Source of the DNA: Candidatus Eiseniibacteriota bacterium
Lineage (GTDB): Bacteria; Eisenbacteria; RBG-16-71-46; DASYSL01
Direction: 5' to 3'
Assembly (NCBI GenBank): GCA_031431875.1
Contig: JANPEF010000025.1
Span: 1-27,951 of the forward strand
Length of the DNA: 27,951 bases
The notes beneath the pieces were generated by a model that did not search any database, was not told where the DNA came from, and saw only the letters and a list, made by a program, of their open reading frames with translations. Both the position numbers and the translations under genes were made by a program. Shown here in pieces: positions 9,601 through 17,901 of this stretch (its first letter is position 1; each line of letters begins with the position of its first letter).

Positions 9601-10333
9601 ACGGCAGCGAGATCGAGAAGGGTCCGCGGGCACCCGTGCGATCGATGTCGGTCGGGACATTGGCGATGCGCCGGCGCGACTCGGTGATCCACGCCGCACG
9701 CAGGCTGCGCCGCGTCAGGTCGCGCGCGTAATCCTCGATCGGCACCTCGAGCGCGACGTCGAGCCCCACGTCAGCCGCCGAGAGGCTCTGCGTGATCGTC
9801 CCCTTCGCCGGATCAACGGCGACGGAGACGGTGCGCGCATCGATCGGGTACTTGAGCTGCCACGGCTCGTTGCCGGCGAACAGTCCGTCGCGCACGGCGT
9901 AGAGCGGCAGCGCCAGATGGGAGATGCGCGGCGTCCACGTGATCCACGCCGAGCGGTCGAGCGGCGTCTTCGCCCGGATCGAGTCCTCCGCCGGAATCGA
10001 CACGCGCCACTGCCGCGTCGAATCCGAGGCGAGCGAGTCGGGACGGACGAGCGAATCGGCGAGCGCTGGCGCGAGCGAGCCGGGTGAAGACGAAGCGAGT
10101 GAATCCCCGGCCGTGGCAACGAGTGAGTCCGCCGACGCGCGGGATCCGGCCGCGGCAGCACCCGCCGCTGTCGCGGCGGTATCGACGACCACGCTGTCGA
10201 AGGGAGTGAAGGATCGAGGCACGCCCTCTTGCGCCCCCGCCGCGGCCGTCAGGGCGACGGCCAGGGCGAGTACGGCCAAAGGCGCCCGGATCGCATGTCC
10301 AGGTGCCGCGAAGGGGGAACGGCTTCGTCGCAA
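3617..10333 (-). CDS. sprA: SprA/Sov-like type IX secretion outer-membrane translocon (about 2240 aa)
   Basis: Signal peptide ending AGA|Q; SprA-like segment QDLDIKLNGSLGDKV...IRYTGYEDEILKTLELGNTNLSLPGTQ...GLFGVK; YLDDFEG; amphipathic beta-strands; C-terminal Phe; size matches SprA. Start uncertain (TTG 10333 preferred; ORF open to 10426). Confidence 0.88.
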   Translation of the reverse strand: MRRSRSPFAAPGHAIRAPLAVLALAVALTAAAGAQEGVPRSFTPFDSVVVDTAATAAGAAAAGSRASADSLVATAGDSLASSSPGSLAPALADSLVRPDSLASDSTRQWRVSIPAEDSIRAKTPLDRSAWITWTPRISHLALPLYAVRDGLFAGNEPWQLKYPIDARTVSVAVDPAKGTITQSLSAADVGLDVALEVPIEDYARDLTRRSLRAAWITESRRRIANVPTDIDRTGARGPFSISLPFELPRAAQGILGRGGPSLNVSGSERISIAGTSNWDNRTAGLGVKRSLFPSLDMRQDLDIKLNGSLGDKVRIDVAQNSANTVPLANRIGIRYTGYEDEILKTLELGNTNLSLPGTQYVSYSGRNEGLFGVKAGARIGGTDLALIASKQEGRSERKSFQGTQQEVVRTIDDLNYVRGKYFFIQRPAEQLATGSVIEPGSVRVYLDDKNGSNNQGVRIGTAEVDPTRPPGVGDTLSGSFDGLRELTDFQVKVDYFGDRFPVLVLRSAISNSQLLAVTYIETLADGTNRTVGNVPPLPDDPNAEAPPIRLKLLQAPRSLLKARVDAPDYFETDPALDPLAITRDYEIKSFYDLQSANIDPKSLSIQVRRYDAALEEATDAYKEGTSLFPYIRVMGIDLFTDNGSGAAIEGPDLIVDQITSAWFLETETGVLYFPDLRPFDPRVTPRPDATPEEDYFFRTRIVANNDVPGLRGRMFWPAGVPDPPGVPGGGITPEDLESNPKPYDKRNLQLVDDRRYYIWAKFAGTDYSGTINLGQVGILDGSEVVAIEGVPLEKNKDYQIDYEAGVITLLTAKARENRSRLSIDYSYAPLFAQAGKTLVGGTLGYRGPTHGFGGAFIYESKGQDEARPRLGEEPTRTLIGDLYGDLRTQPRFLTDLVDRLPFYNTTEPSQFDINGEIGMSMPNPNTKNTVYLDDFEGNRDSYSAPMGRGFWKWAAPPLVVSGAAYVPVAADYNEMVWYNPVNTVQAWDLNPRLTRGEGGENYVTVLDMYLPKLPAVRAQPDLWSGFTTTVEPDGSDFSRLQYLEVWVNDWRDMDVRSNPDFKLHIDLGVVSEDAQRAPGVLPNAAYDTEDRNRDGKYDPSNDPAIREDTGADGIPDELEAETYDLSTASDQDRHGDNFRVSDVSLGNDSNVIERLDPQNYVTPTLSEKSKGTYESGNRLFTEDLDGNQELDRVDDYMTFTLPLGDQAALAPFLIFAAESTLTVEGNPVAPNNGWRRFRIPLDISDPRIRRVINGGSLANVKHMRVWMEGFETFQGIDAPPKTSEDARGRQPLLQLGAVEVVGNRWRIASTDSATRLANGSVVARNVNNQEDRNIYDPPFGVATSNTGGSTQTQREQSIALEVTRLPVGSAATIFKDQTYAEDYTRYGRIGFYATAFGFTDQDSARFFLRLGYDDRNYYEYSRPFRGVAAAPFRPTPWTEIILNLTDFTDVKLDRPPGAVVDTVFRGEEQFVVVGSPTFTRIQRMTIGVFSEKAVNDSTLLGRATNNISGQVWIDDLRALDVDRSRGTANRLTVYTRVADLMTLTTNWDRTDENFQRLGQARGSDVNADRLSLSGTIQPHRFLSGTGLNFPMSFAWAKTQGTPRLRTGTDLFLRGDDAINEQSRATDRSFSVGLSKTGDRNPILRNTIGRASVNFAFGDRVGRSPTGLDSSRTLSGGGGYSLAPAEWFKVPVPLWKQRGGGLQKIKLLPETATISFSQTTTRSFTYKRGLDDPVGAYSLQSDIYRKTSLYLLGATWRPLPLGSYTVAATRNAYIPGITPAYVLGVNFGRMTNFTQRLDGRLTVPLHAFVRPAFDFSSSYSEARTPDLSPDLSLGSFNNATNAGVTWELPFARLASTSRPPTPQPTQATLAALNAQAAAVGRAARASRDSALAAGDSTWAGPDSATAAAGYRPPPPPVAPSRGFSLPVGRTLSRLGNVSMRISFARTTGFSRFTGVPSVPYRLGLVRDPDTQWNGDELTSIYRGPQATENAQRNYSGDASTTVQLVGRSTARIRANYSNLNRNYNSQVSNSSNFTFPDLQLDWGQVHNLIRLGKVFTGINASSRASFVRTLEGVNLEKPSTQVRTKNFRPLLQLSGQTRGTANVQLSIDQSSSIREDFATRRSVRKEGETSVRSSISRSYMPGQKMPIFGSGLKSTLTMSLDGTYSKRSGSTESQGQQALTTRTDRLDLNSSATYSFSTYVTGTLGLGFSQNRDLYGKTSEGATPTNRSIRLEASGSVRF

Positions 10334-10388
10334 AGGCGGCTCGAGTCGGCTCCACGTGGGACTTCTGTCCGGGATCGGCAGGGGAAGC

Positions 10389-10417
10389 TTGGCCGGACCC
10401 CGAACCCGCGGTAAGGT
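10389..10417 (+). promoter_or_regulatory. sigma70-type promoter, probably leaderless lptF
   Basis: TTGGCC (10389-10394)-N17-TAAGGT (10412-10417), 7 nt before ATG 10425. Confidence 0.6.
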
Positions 10418-10424
10418 CGCATCC

Positions 10425-11816
10425 ATGCGGACCTTACGGTTGTACGTCCTACGCAGCTACCCGGTTCCCTGGCTCTTGGGTTTCGGCGTTGTGACGTACT
10501 TCCTGCAGCTCGACCTCCTGATCGACATGATGGAACTCCTGGTCGGCCGCGGCGTTTCCCCGGCCACGATCGGGGAGTTCTTCCTCCTGTCGCTGGCCTG
10601 GATGGTTGCCCTGTCCATGCCCTGCGGGGTCCTGGTGGCGACCCTGATGACCTTCGGTCGGATGGCCCAGGACAACGAGATCATGGCCCTCAAGACCAGT
10701 GGTATCAACGTCTTCCGGCTGATCGCCGCGCCGCTGACGTTGGCCTTCGGGCTCTCCCTGGGACTGGTCGCCTTCAACTGCTGGGTCCTGCCCGAGGCCA
10801 ACCATCGGGTCGCCTCCCTGATGGTCGACGTCTCCCAGAAGCGCCCCACGGTCCGCCTGGCCGAGGGCGTCTTCGTGAACGACTTTCCGGGGTACAGCCT
10901 GCTCATCCGCCGGGTCGAGGGCCGGACCAACGAGATGCAGGGGGTCACGGTCTTCGAGTTCGGGTCCAACCCCTCCCCCACGATCATCGTCGCGAAGACC
11001 GGGTCCCTCTCCTACTTGCCCGACGGGGATACCGCCATGCTCGAGCTCCATGACGGCGTGGTCCACGAGGTCCCCGGCGACGTCCCCGGCGCCCGCAAGT
11101 ACCGCCAGCTCGTCTTCGACGTGCACCGGATCTTCATCCCCGGCGCCGGGAGCATGCTCAGGCGCACCGTGCGCGAGATGCGCTCCGACCGCGAGATGAC
11201 GCTCGAGCAGTTGAACCAGGAGATCGCCGTCGCCGACGAGCAACTGGCCGCCGCCAACGATCGGGCGAGCGAGCGCCTGCACGGCGAGGGCGTGCCCTCG
11301 CTGCTGCTCGTGCCGCGCGCCGACGGCACCGGCGTGGGCACGCCAGCGGCGTGGGTCGCCGCGGCGCAGGCGCGCCTGAAAGGCGTGCACTTCGACGCCA
11401 CGCTCCTGCGGCCCGAGACGCTGGCCGAGATGCAGATCCTGCGCCTCGAGATCGAGACGCTGGCGCGCCGCAAGGCGTCGCTCGACGTCGAGTTGCAGAA
11501 GAAGTTCGCGCTCGCCTTCGCCTGCGTCGTGTTCGTGCTGGTGGGCGCGCCGCTGGGCATGCGCGTGCGCCGCGGCGGCGTGGCCGTCGGCTTCCTGTCG
11601 ATCGCGTTCTTCGCCTTCTACTACCTGTGCCTGCAGTTCGGCGAGTCGTTCGCCGACCGCCTGCTGCTGCCGCCGTGGCTGGCCATGTGGCTGGCCAACA
11701 TCGTGCTCGGCACGTGGGGACTGTTCGCCACGCTGTCGGCGTGCGAGGTCAAGATCGGCCGCACCGTGCGCCGCAGCGAGGCTCCGGTCGGGCCGGGCAC
11801 CCGGGTGGCCGCGTGA
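10425..11816 (+). CDS. lptF: LPS export ABC permease LptF (LptF/LptG family)
   Basis: MRTLRLYVLR start, 3 TM segments, FGRMAQDNEIMALKTSGI motif, periplasmic domain, ELQKKFALAFACVVFVLVGAPLG, LAMWLANIV. Confidence 0.9.
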   Translation: MRTLRLYVLRSYPVPWLLGFGVVTYFLQLDLLIDMMELLVGRGVSPATIGEFFLLSLAWMVALSMPCGVLVATLMTFGRMAQDNEIMALKTSGINVFRLIAAPLTLAFGLSLGLVAFNCWVLPEANHRVASLMVDVSQKRPTVRLAEGVFVNDFPGYSLLIRRVEGRTNEMQGVTVFEFGSNPSPTIIVAKTGSLSYLPDGDTAMLELHDGVVHEVPGDVPGARKYRQLVFDVHRIFIPGAGSMLRRTVREMRSDREMTLEQLNQEIAVADEQLAAANDRASERLHGEGVPSLLLVPRADGTGVGTPAAWVAAAQARLKGVHFDATLLRPETLAEMQILRLEIETLARRKASLDVELQKKFALAFACVVFVLVGAPLGMRVRRGGVAVGFLSIAFFAFYYLCLQFGESFADRLLLPPWLAMWLANIVLGTWGLFATLSACEVKIGRTVRRSEAPVGPGTRVAA

Positions 11817-12907
11817 GGTTTCCTGGGCTGCGGCTGTTCGACAGGCTGGTGCTGCGCGAGTTCCTGATGCTGCTGGCGATGTCGCTGGGCGCCTGCATCG
11901 CGATCTTTGCCGTGGTCGACCTGTTCGAGAAGATCCGCGAGTTCCTCGACGGCCACGCCACCGGGTGGATGATCGCGCGCTACTACGCGTACAAGGTGCC
12001 GTACGTGATCGTCAACGTGCTTCCGGTCGCGCTGCTCATGAGCACGTTTCTCACGCTCGGCCAGATGAGCAAGTTCAACGAGCTGACCGCCATGGCCACC
12101 GCCGGCGAGTCGACCGACCGCATCATCCTGCCGCTGCTGGCCGTGGGCCTGGTCGCGGTGGGCGTGTCGTTCGCGCTCAACGAGGGGGTCGTGCCCGAGG
12201 CGACGCGCCGGCGCGAGGCGATCCTCGAGGGCGAGGTGCGCCGCCGCTCGATCCGCGAGCCGACCGAGTTCGCCAACCTGTCGGCGTTGGGCCGCGACGG
12301 CCGCATCTACCTGGTGAAGCTCTACCTCGCCCACGAGAAGCGCATGCACGACGTGCTGGTCAGCGAGATGCGCGACGGCACGATCACGCGCCGGATCGAC
12401 GCGCGTCGCGCCCGCTGGGACGGGCACCAGTGGATCTTCGAGGAAGGCGTCGCGCGCACGTTCAAGGACGGCGCCGAGACGGCCACGCCGTTCGTCTCGC
12501 TCCCCCTGCCCGAGCTGTCCGAGCGGCCCGAGGACTTCGGCAAGCGCCGCGAGGAGCCCGATGAGATGGGCTTCGCCCAGCTCGCCGACTACGTGGCCCG
12601 GCTGCGCCAGAGCGGGCTGCGCGTCGACAAGTACACGGTCCAGCTCGACCTCAAGCTGGCATTCCCGTGGATCAACTTCATCGTCGTCGTGATGGGAGCC
12701 GCCCTCGCGGCGCGCCTGCGCAACCCGAACGCAGCGGTGGGCTTCGGGGTCTCGGTGTTCACGGCATTCTTCTATTACGGCCTGATGCGCGCCGGAGAGG
12801 CGCTGGGCCAGGGTGGCACCCTGCCGCCGGTCGTCGCCGCCTGGGGCGCTAACGCGGTGTTCGGAGCCCTCGCGCTGTTCCTGTTCCTCAGCGCCCGACG
12901 GCGCTGA
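11813..12907 (+). CDS. lptG: LPS export ABC permease LptG
   Basis: GTG at 11813 overlaps the lptF stop; LFDRLVLREF, LGQMSKFNELTAM, IDARRARWDG..W, KLAFP, LPPVVAAWGAN. Confidence 0.9.
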   Translation: MRFPGLRLFDRLVLREFLMLLAMSLGACIAIFAVVDLFEKIREFLDGHATGWMIARYYAYKVPYVIVNVLPVALLMSTFLTLGQMSKFNELTAMATAGESTDRIILPLLAVGLVAVGVSFALNEGVVPEATRRREAILEGEVRRRSIREPTEFANLSALGRDGRIYLVKLYLAHEKRMHDVLVSEMRDGTITRRIDARRARWDGHQWIFEEGVARTFKDGAETATPFVSLPLPELSERPEDFGKRREEPDEMGFAQLADYVARLRQSGLRVDKYTVQLDLKLAFPWINFIVVVMGAALAARLRNPNAAVGFGVSVFTAFFYYGLMRAGEALGQGGTLPPVVAAWGANAVFGALALFLFLSARRR

Positions 12908-13703
12908 GCGTCCCGCCCCGCCCTTCCGGCACCACCGCGAACGCATCAAGCCGCGCAGCGGCGTCCAGGTCGCGCTCGAACATCCGCTCCATCGCGACCA
13001 GCGCACGACCATGCTCGGTCTCGCCAAGAAAGGCGCGAAGCGCCATGCCGTCCGCGAAGCGGACGTGTTCGAAGCGTCCCGCGCTCGCCTCGTCGCCCGG
13101 CTCCAGCGCAACCGTCCACGCCCCATCCTCCGCGGCCGCCAGGCCGCGGGCGAGTTCGATGACGCAGGCCGTGTCCTCGTCCGCCGCCTGATCCTCCTTC
13201 CCCGCCGCCACGAGCCAGACGGTGAACGATGCGTTCGCGTTCGCCTCGGCCGCCACTTTCGCCCCCGCGACCAGGCGGCGCACCACGGCGGTGGCATTGA
13301 CGAACGCGCCGGCGAGCTGACGCCCGGCGTCCTTCGTGCGCATCAGCGCCCGCGTACCATTGGTCGTGGTGAACAGCAGCGTGCGGTTGCGCACGAACTC
13401 GTCCACGTACTCGCGCGGCGAGTTCCCCAGGTCGAAGCCCGGGATGCGCTGGCCGCGGCGCTCGCCGCACAGGAGCGTCGTCCCCTTGCGGTACTCCGGG
13501 ATGGCCTGGCGCGCGAGCTCGGGATCGAGGAAGCAACGCGCGGCGTCGGCGCCGTGGGCGAACGCATGGACCAGCGTCGTGGTGGCGCGCAGGACGTCGA
13601 CGATGACGACCATGTCCGGCGGCGGATCGTTGGCCTCGCGCGCCGCGGCCAGCACGCGCTCGAGCGTCGCCCCGGAAAGGATCGCGCGGGCCTGCGCGGG
13701 CAA
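12888..13703 (-). CDS. comB: 2-phosphosulfolactate phosphatase family protein
   Basis: VVIVDVLRATTT, LLCGERRG..IPGFDLGNSPRE, TTTNGTRAL, GAFVNATAV. Start approximate. Confidence 0.9.
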   Translation of the reverse strand: MPAQARAILSGATLERVLAAAREANDPPPDMVVIVDVLRATTTLVHAFAHGADAARCFLDPELARQAIPEYRKGTTLLCGERRGQRIPGFDLGNSPREYVDEFVRNRTLLFTTTNGTRALMRTKDAGRQLAGAFVNATAVVRRLVAGAKVAAEANANASFTVWLVAAGKEDQAADEDTACVIELARGLAAAEDGAWTVALEPGDEASAGRFEHVRFADGMALRAFLGETEHGRALVAMERMFERDLDAAARLDAFAVVPEGRGGTLSAVGR

Positions 13704-13709
13704 GAAGGC

Positions 13710-15119
<1,410 letters not shown>

Positions 15120-15128
15120 CGTCCGCGG

Positions 15129-15157
15129 AGACTAGGCGAACAGGCGGGCGGGATCAA
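15129..15157 (-). promoter_or_regulatory. sigma70-type promoter for accC-comB (leaderless or very short leader)
   Basis: TTGATC (15157-15152)-N17-TAGTCT (15134-15129), 9 nt before ATG 15119; no clear SD. Confidence 0.6.
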
Positions 15158-15162
15158 GCACC

Positions 15163-15858
15163 TCACATCCACTGCCTGAACCCATGGAGGATGCCTCCTT
15201 CGGCATCGAAACAGCCGCGGATCCGGTCATGGAACCGCGAGTCCCCTGCTTCGCAGTGACGAAAGATCGCGTAGGCCACGAGATCGGCAAGTTGGACCAG
15301 TCTAGAAGCGCGTGAATCGAGAAAGAGAGGCACCTCGGCAAGATTGCGGATCACCCCCCACCGATGCCCGACACTTCGGAAGTCGACCGCCAACCCCTGA
15401 AGGGTGGTCTCGTAGCTCGACTTGTCGAAGATGACGAGTCCGCGTTGGGGCTCCCCCATGCGCTGCAACCGCAGCAGGTAGCGATCGAATCGATTGAGGA
15501 GCTGCTCGAATGCAAATGCCACGGGATCACCCTGCGGTGTCGCAGCTTTGCGCACGGCGATGGCGAATACCCTCGTTCGTGGTCCACTGGCTTTGAGCAC
15601 ATCGAGGGCGTCGCAGAGCGCGCGAATCCTCGCCTCGCTGGGCACGGTTGCCCAGACCGAACCTCGGCCCTGGAGCATCGGGCTCCCGTGCAACTCGATC
15701 GAACGCGGATCGGCCGGATCGAACCGAGCAGCGATCGCATCCAGACGACGGCCGATCCAGTAACCGCGCCGCTCTCCGATCGAGAATCCGGCGAGAACGA
15801 AGAACGATTGTCGGGGATCTGCGGTGGAACCGGATTCGTCGACGTACAGAAGCTGCAT
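15163..15858 (-). CDS. DUF3800-family protein (RNase H-like fold), 231 aa
   Basis: N-terminal LLYVDESG, ELHG, central VIFD, C-terminal SRLVQLADLVAY, all typical of DUF3800. Start at ATG 15858 (MQLLYVDESG). Confidence 0.85.
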   Translation of the reverse strand: MQLLYVDESGSTADPRQSFFVLAGFSIGERRGYWIGRRLDAIAARFDPADPRSIELHGSPMLQGRGSVWATVPSEARIRALCDALDVLKASGPRTRVFAIAVRKAATPQGDPVAFAFEQLLNRFDRYLLRLQRMGEPQRGLVIFDKSSYETTLQGLAVDFRSVGHRWGVIRNLAEVPLFLDSRASRLVQLADLVAYAIFRHCEAGDSRFHDRIRGCFDAEGGILHGFRQWM

Positions 15859-15866
15859 CCGGTGAG

Positions 15867-15963
15867 CCTTCGCGGGGACGCGTCGGCAGGGGCGGGCAAA
15901 GCGATGCGGTCGGGGGAAGACGTGCCTCCACGACCCGCGAAGGGCGGATCTCCCGACCGACTT
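15867..15963 (-). ncRNA. Candidate structured RNA / 5' leader upstream of the DUF3800 gene
   Basis: Outer stem CGGTCGGG/CCCGACCG (15959-15952 with 15914-15907), inner hairpin CGTG-GAGG-CACG, and a 10-bp long-range pairing 15943-15934 with 15876-15867. Begins at the predicted TSS. Confidence 0.6.
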
Positions 15964-15970
15964 GACCCGG

Positions 15971-15999
15971 AGTCTAACGGCTGGATCCGGGCGAAGCAA
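15971..15999 (-). promoter_or_regulatory. sigma70-type promoter for DUF3800 RNA/gene
   Basis: TTGCTT (15999-15994)-N17-TAGACT (15976-15971). Confidence 0.62.
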
Positions 16000-16011
16000 G
16001 CCCCGCCCGGA
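15986..16011 (-). terminator. GC-rich hairpin immediately after the pilT stop
   Basis: TCCGGGCG...CGCCCGGA perfect 8-bp stem, extendable by G-U pairs; no U-tract, so terminator function is uncertain. Confidence 0.4.
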
Positions 16012-17244
16012 CTACTCCTTCGACATCCACCCCGGCAACCCGCCGCGCGTCGCCGCCGTGCCCAGCGGGCGCGCCGGCACCTCGATCTGGTCGGCGGCCT
16101 GATTGCCGTAGGTCGAGGCGCTCGTGGCGGCGGACAAATGCCCCGCCTCGACGGGCGCCCACGTGCGATCCGACGTCGAGTTGATGCCCTTGAGGTGGAG
16201 CAGGAACTCGTTCGGGTTGGTGCAGAACTTGAGCGCGTCGTCCTCGATGATCAGGTTGTCGCGCAGCAGCTTCATCAGCGACTGGTCGAAGGACTGCATG
16301 CCGTACTGGGTCACGCCTTCCTCGATGATGGTGCGCAGGCCGTCCAGCGGCTTGCCCATCTGCAGCATCTCGCGAATGGTCGGCGTATTGAACAGGATCT
16401 CGACGGCGGGCACGCGGCCCGAGCCGCCGCGCTTGGGCACCAGGCGCTGCGAGACGACGGCCTGCAGGTTGGCCGCCAGCTGCTGGCGGACGGCATCCTG
16501 CTGGTGCGGCTCGAAGAACGAGAGCACGCGCTGCATGGTCATCGCGGCGTCGGTCGTGTGCAGGGTCGAGAACACGAGGTGCCCCGTGTCCGCGGCCATG
16601 AGCACGGTCTCCATCGTCTCGCGATCGCGGATCTCGCCGACCAGGATGATGTCGGGATCCTGGCGCAGGATGCGGCGCAGGCCCTCCGAGAACGACTTGG
16701 TGTCGACGCCGACCTCGCGCTGGTGGATGGCCGACATCTTGTCGCGATGGAGGAACTCGATCGGGTCCTCGATCGTGATGACGTTCTTGTTGGTCTCCTG
16801 GTTCGCCGTGTCGATGAGCGCAGCCAGCGTCGTCGACTTGCCCGAGCCGGTCGCGCCCGTGACCAGAACGAGTCCGCGCGACAGCATGGACAGCTTGCGG
16901 ATCGCGGCCGGCATGCCCAGGTCGTCGAGCGACGGAATGGCGAACGGAATGGTGCGGATGGCGAGCGCGGGCGTGCCGCGCTGGGTGAAGATGTTGCAGC
17001 GGAAGCGGCCCAGTCCCGGGACACCGAACGCGAAGTCGATCTCGTTCTCGGCGTCGAACTTGGCGCGCTGCTCGGCGGTAAGAAGCTGATCGATGATCAG
17101 CTCGAGGTCCTGGGCGGACGGGGGCGGATTGCCGAGCGCGAAGAGCTCGCCGTTGACGCGGATGAGCGGCGCCGTCGCCACCTTGATGTGCAGGTCCGAG
17201 GCGCTCGAGCCCATCATCGAGTCGAGGATTTCGCGAACGTCCAT
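16012..17244 (-). CDS. pilT: PilT/PilU-family type IV pilus retraction ATPase
   Basis: ASDLHI, GRFRCNIF.QRG, Walker A GATGSGKST, TIEDPIE, LRQDPDIILVGEIRD, TGHLVFSTLHT, GMQSFDQSL. The AIRNLIRE motif is diverged (TIREMLQM), so this may be a paralogue or PilU-like. Confidence 0.88.
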   Translation of the reverse strand: MDVREILDSMMGSSASDLHIKVATAPLIRVNGELFALGNPPPSAQDLELIIDQLLTAEQRAKFDAENEIDFAFGVPGLGRFRCNIFTQRGTPALAIRTIPFAIPSLDDLGMPAAIRKLSMLSRGLVLVTGATGSGKSTTLAALIDTANQETNKNVITIEDPIEFLHRDKMSAIHQREVGVDTKSFSEGLRRILRQDPDIILVGEIRDRETMETVLMAADTGHLVFSTLHTTDAAMTMQRVLSFFEPHQQDAVRQQLAANLQAVVSQRLVPKRGGSGRVPAVEILFNTPTIREMLQMGKPLDGLRTIIEEGVTQYGMQSFDQSLMKLLRDNLIIEDDALKFCTNPNEFLLHLKGINSTSDRTWAPVEAGHLSAATSASTYGNQAADQIEVPARPLGTAATRGGLPGWMSKE

Positions 17245-17329
17245 GGCCCCTCCCTTCGGCGCGAGCCGAAGTGTGCGGGCCCCGTTCCGGGGCCCGTGGG
17301 CGCATCGCGCGGCAAGGCCGCGCGGGACG

Positions 17330-17815
17330 TCAGCTCGGGTCGATCAGGAACAGGGCCTGTCCGTACTCCACCGGTGAACCGCTCTCGACGAGGATCCGGG
17401 CGATGCGACCACGAGATTCACACTCGATCTCGTTCATCAACTTCATCGCCTCGATGATGCACACCGTCTGACCGATCTCGACCGACGAGTTCGCTTCGAC
17501 GTACGGATCGGCGTCGGGCGCAGGCGACCGATAGAACGTGCCGACCATGGGCGAGATGACGGGCACGAGGTGGACGTCCGGCTTCACCGCCTCGGCTGCC
17601 GCCACGGGCGCCGCGGCCGGAGCCGACGGAACGGGCGCGGCCGCCGACCCTGCGTAGCCCGGCGGAGCGGAGAATCCGTATTGCATCGGACCTGCCGATG
17701 CGACGACCGGCAGCGCACTGATCCGGATCGTGCGACCGCCCTCGGTGACCTCCAACTCGCCGATACCGCTCTTCTGCACGAGCTGGATGAGGCGCTTGAT
17801 CTCGTTGAGATCCAT
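17330..17815 (-). CDS. accB: Acetyl-CoA carboxylase biotin carboxyl carrier protein
   Basis: [10 protein letters not shown], Ala/Pro linker, [20 protein letters not shown] biotinylation site; SD AAAGGGAG before ATG 17815. Confidence 0.96.
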   Translation of the reverse strand: MDLNEIKRLIQLVQKSGIGELEVTEGGRTIRISALPVVASAGPMQYGFSAPPGYAGSAAAPVPSAPAAAPVAAAEAVKPDVHLVPVISPMVGTFYRSPAPDADPYVEANSSVEIGQTVCIIEAMKLMNEIECESRGRIARILVESGSPVEYGQALFLIDPS

Positions 17816-17901
17816 CGCGCTCCCTTTCGACTCACCCGCCTCCATCATCGGCCGTTCGGGATCCGAACTTGAGCGCCGGCGTCGGGGGGGCAGGGTCTTG
17901 A

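Noticed and set aside
6932..10087. 1051-aa plus-strand ORF, and similar long ORFs such as 24557-27250, 12813-15179, 15364-17457 and 4824-7478
   Set aside because: Antisense or off-frame shadows of clear genes; Arg/Ala/Gly-rich with no motifs, expected at this GC content.
10334..10426. sprA start at ATG 10426
   Set aside because: It overlaps the lptF start and gives an implausibly long n-region before the signal peptide; TTG 10333 fits better, though it is unproven.
12888..13703. comB as evidence of coenzyme M biosynthesis
   Set aside because: No comA/comC/comDE nearby; standalone ComB-family phosphatases are common in bacteria.
15860..15965. DUF3800 upstream structure as tRNA, SRP RNA or c-di-GMP riboswitch
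   Set aside because: No cloverleaf or T-loop, no SRP CAGG/GGAA/AGCA motif; GGCAAA occurs on the opposite strand without the second GCAAA element.
15124..16003. Similar sequences flanking DUF3800 (GCTTG..CGCCCG...TAG.CTCCG) as target-site duplication or IS ends
   Set aside because: The similarity is confined mostly to the -35/-10 boxes and is explained by promoter consensus; no exact direct or terminal inverted repeat and no transposase.
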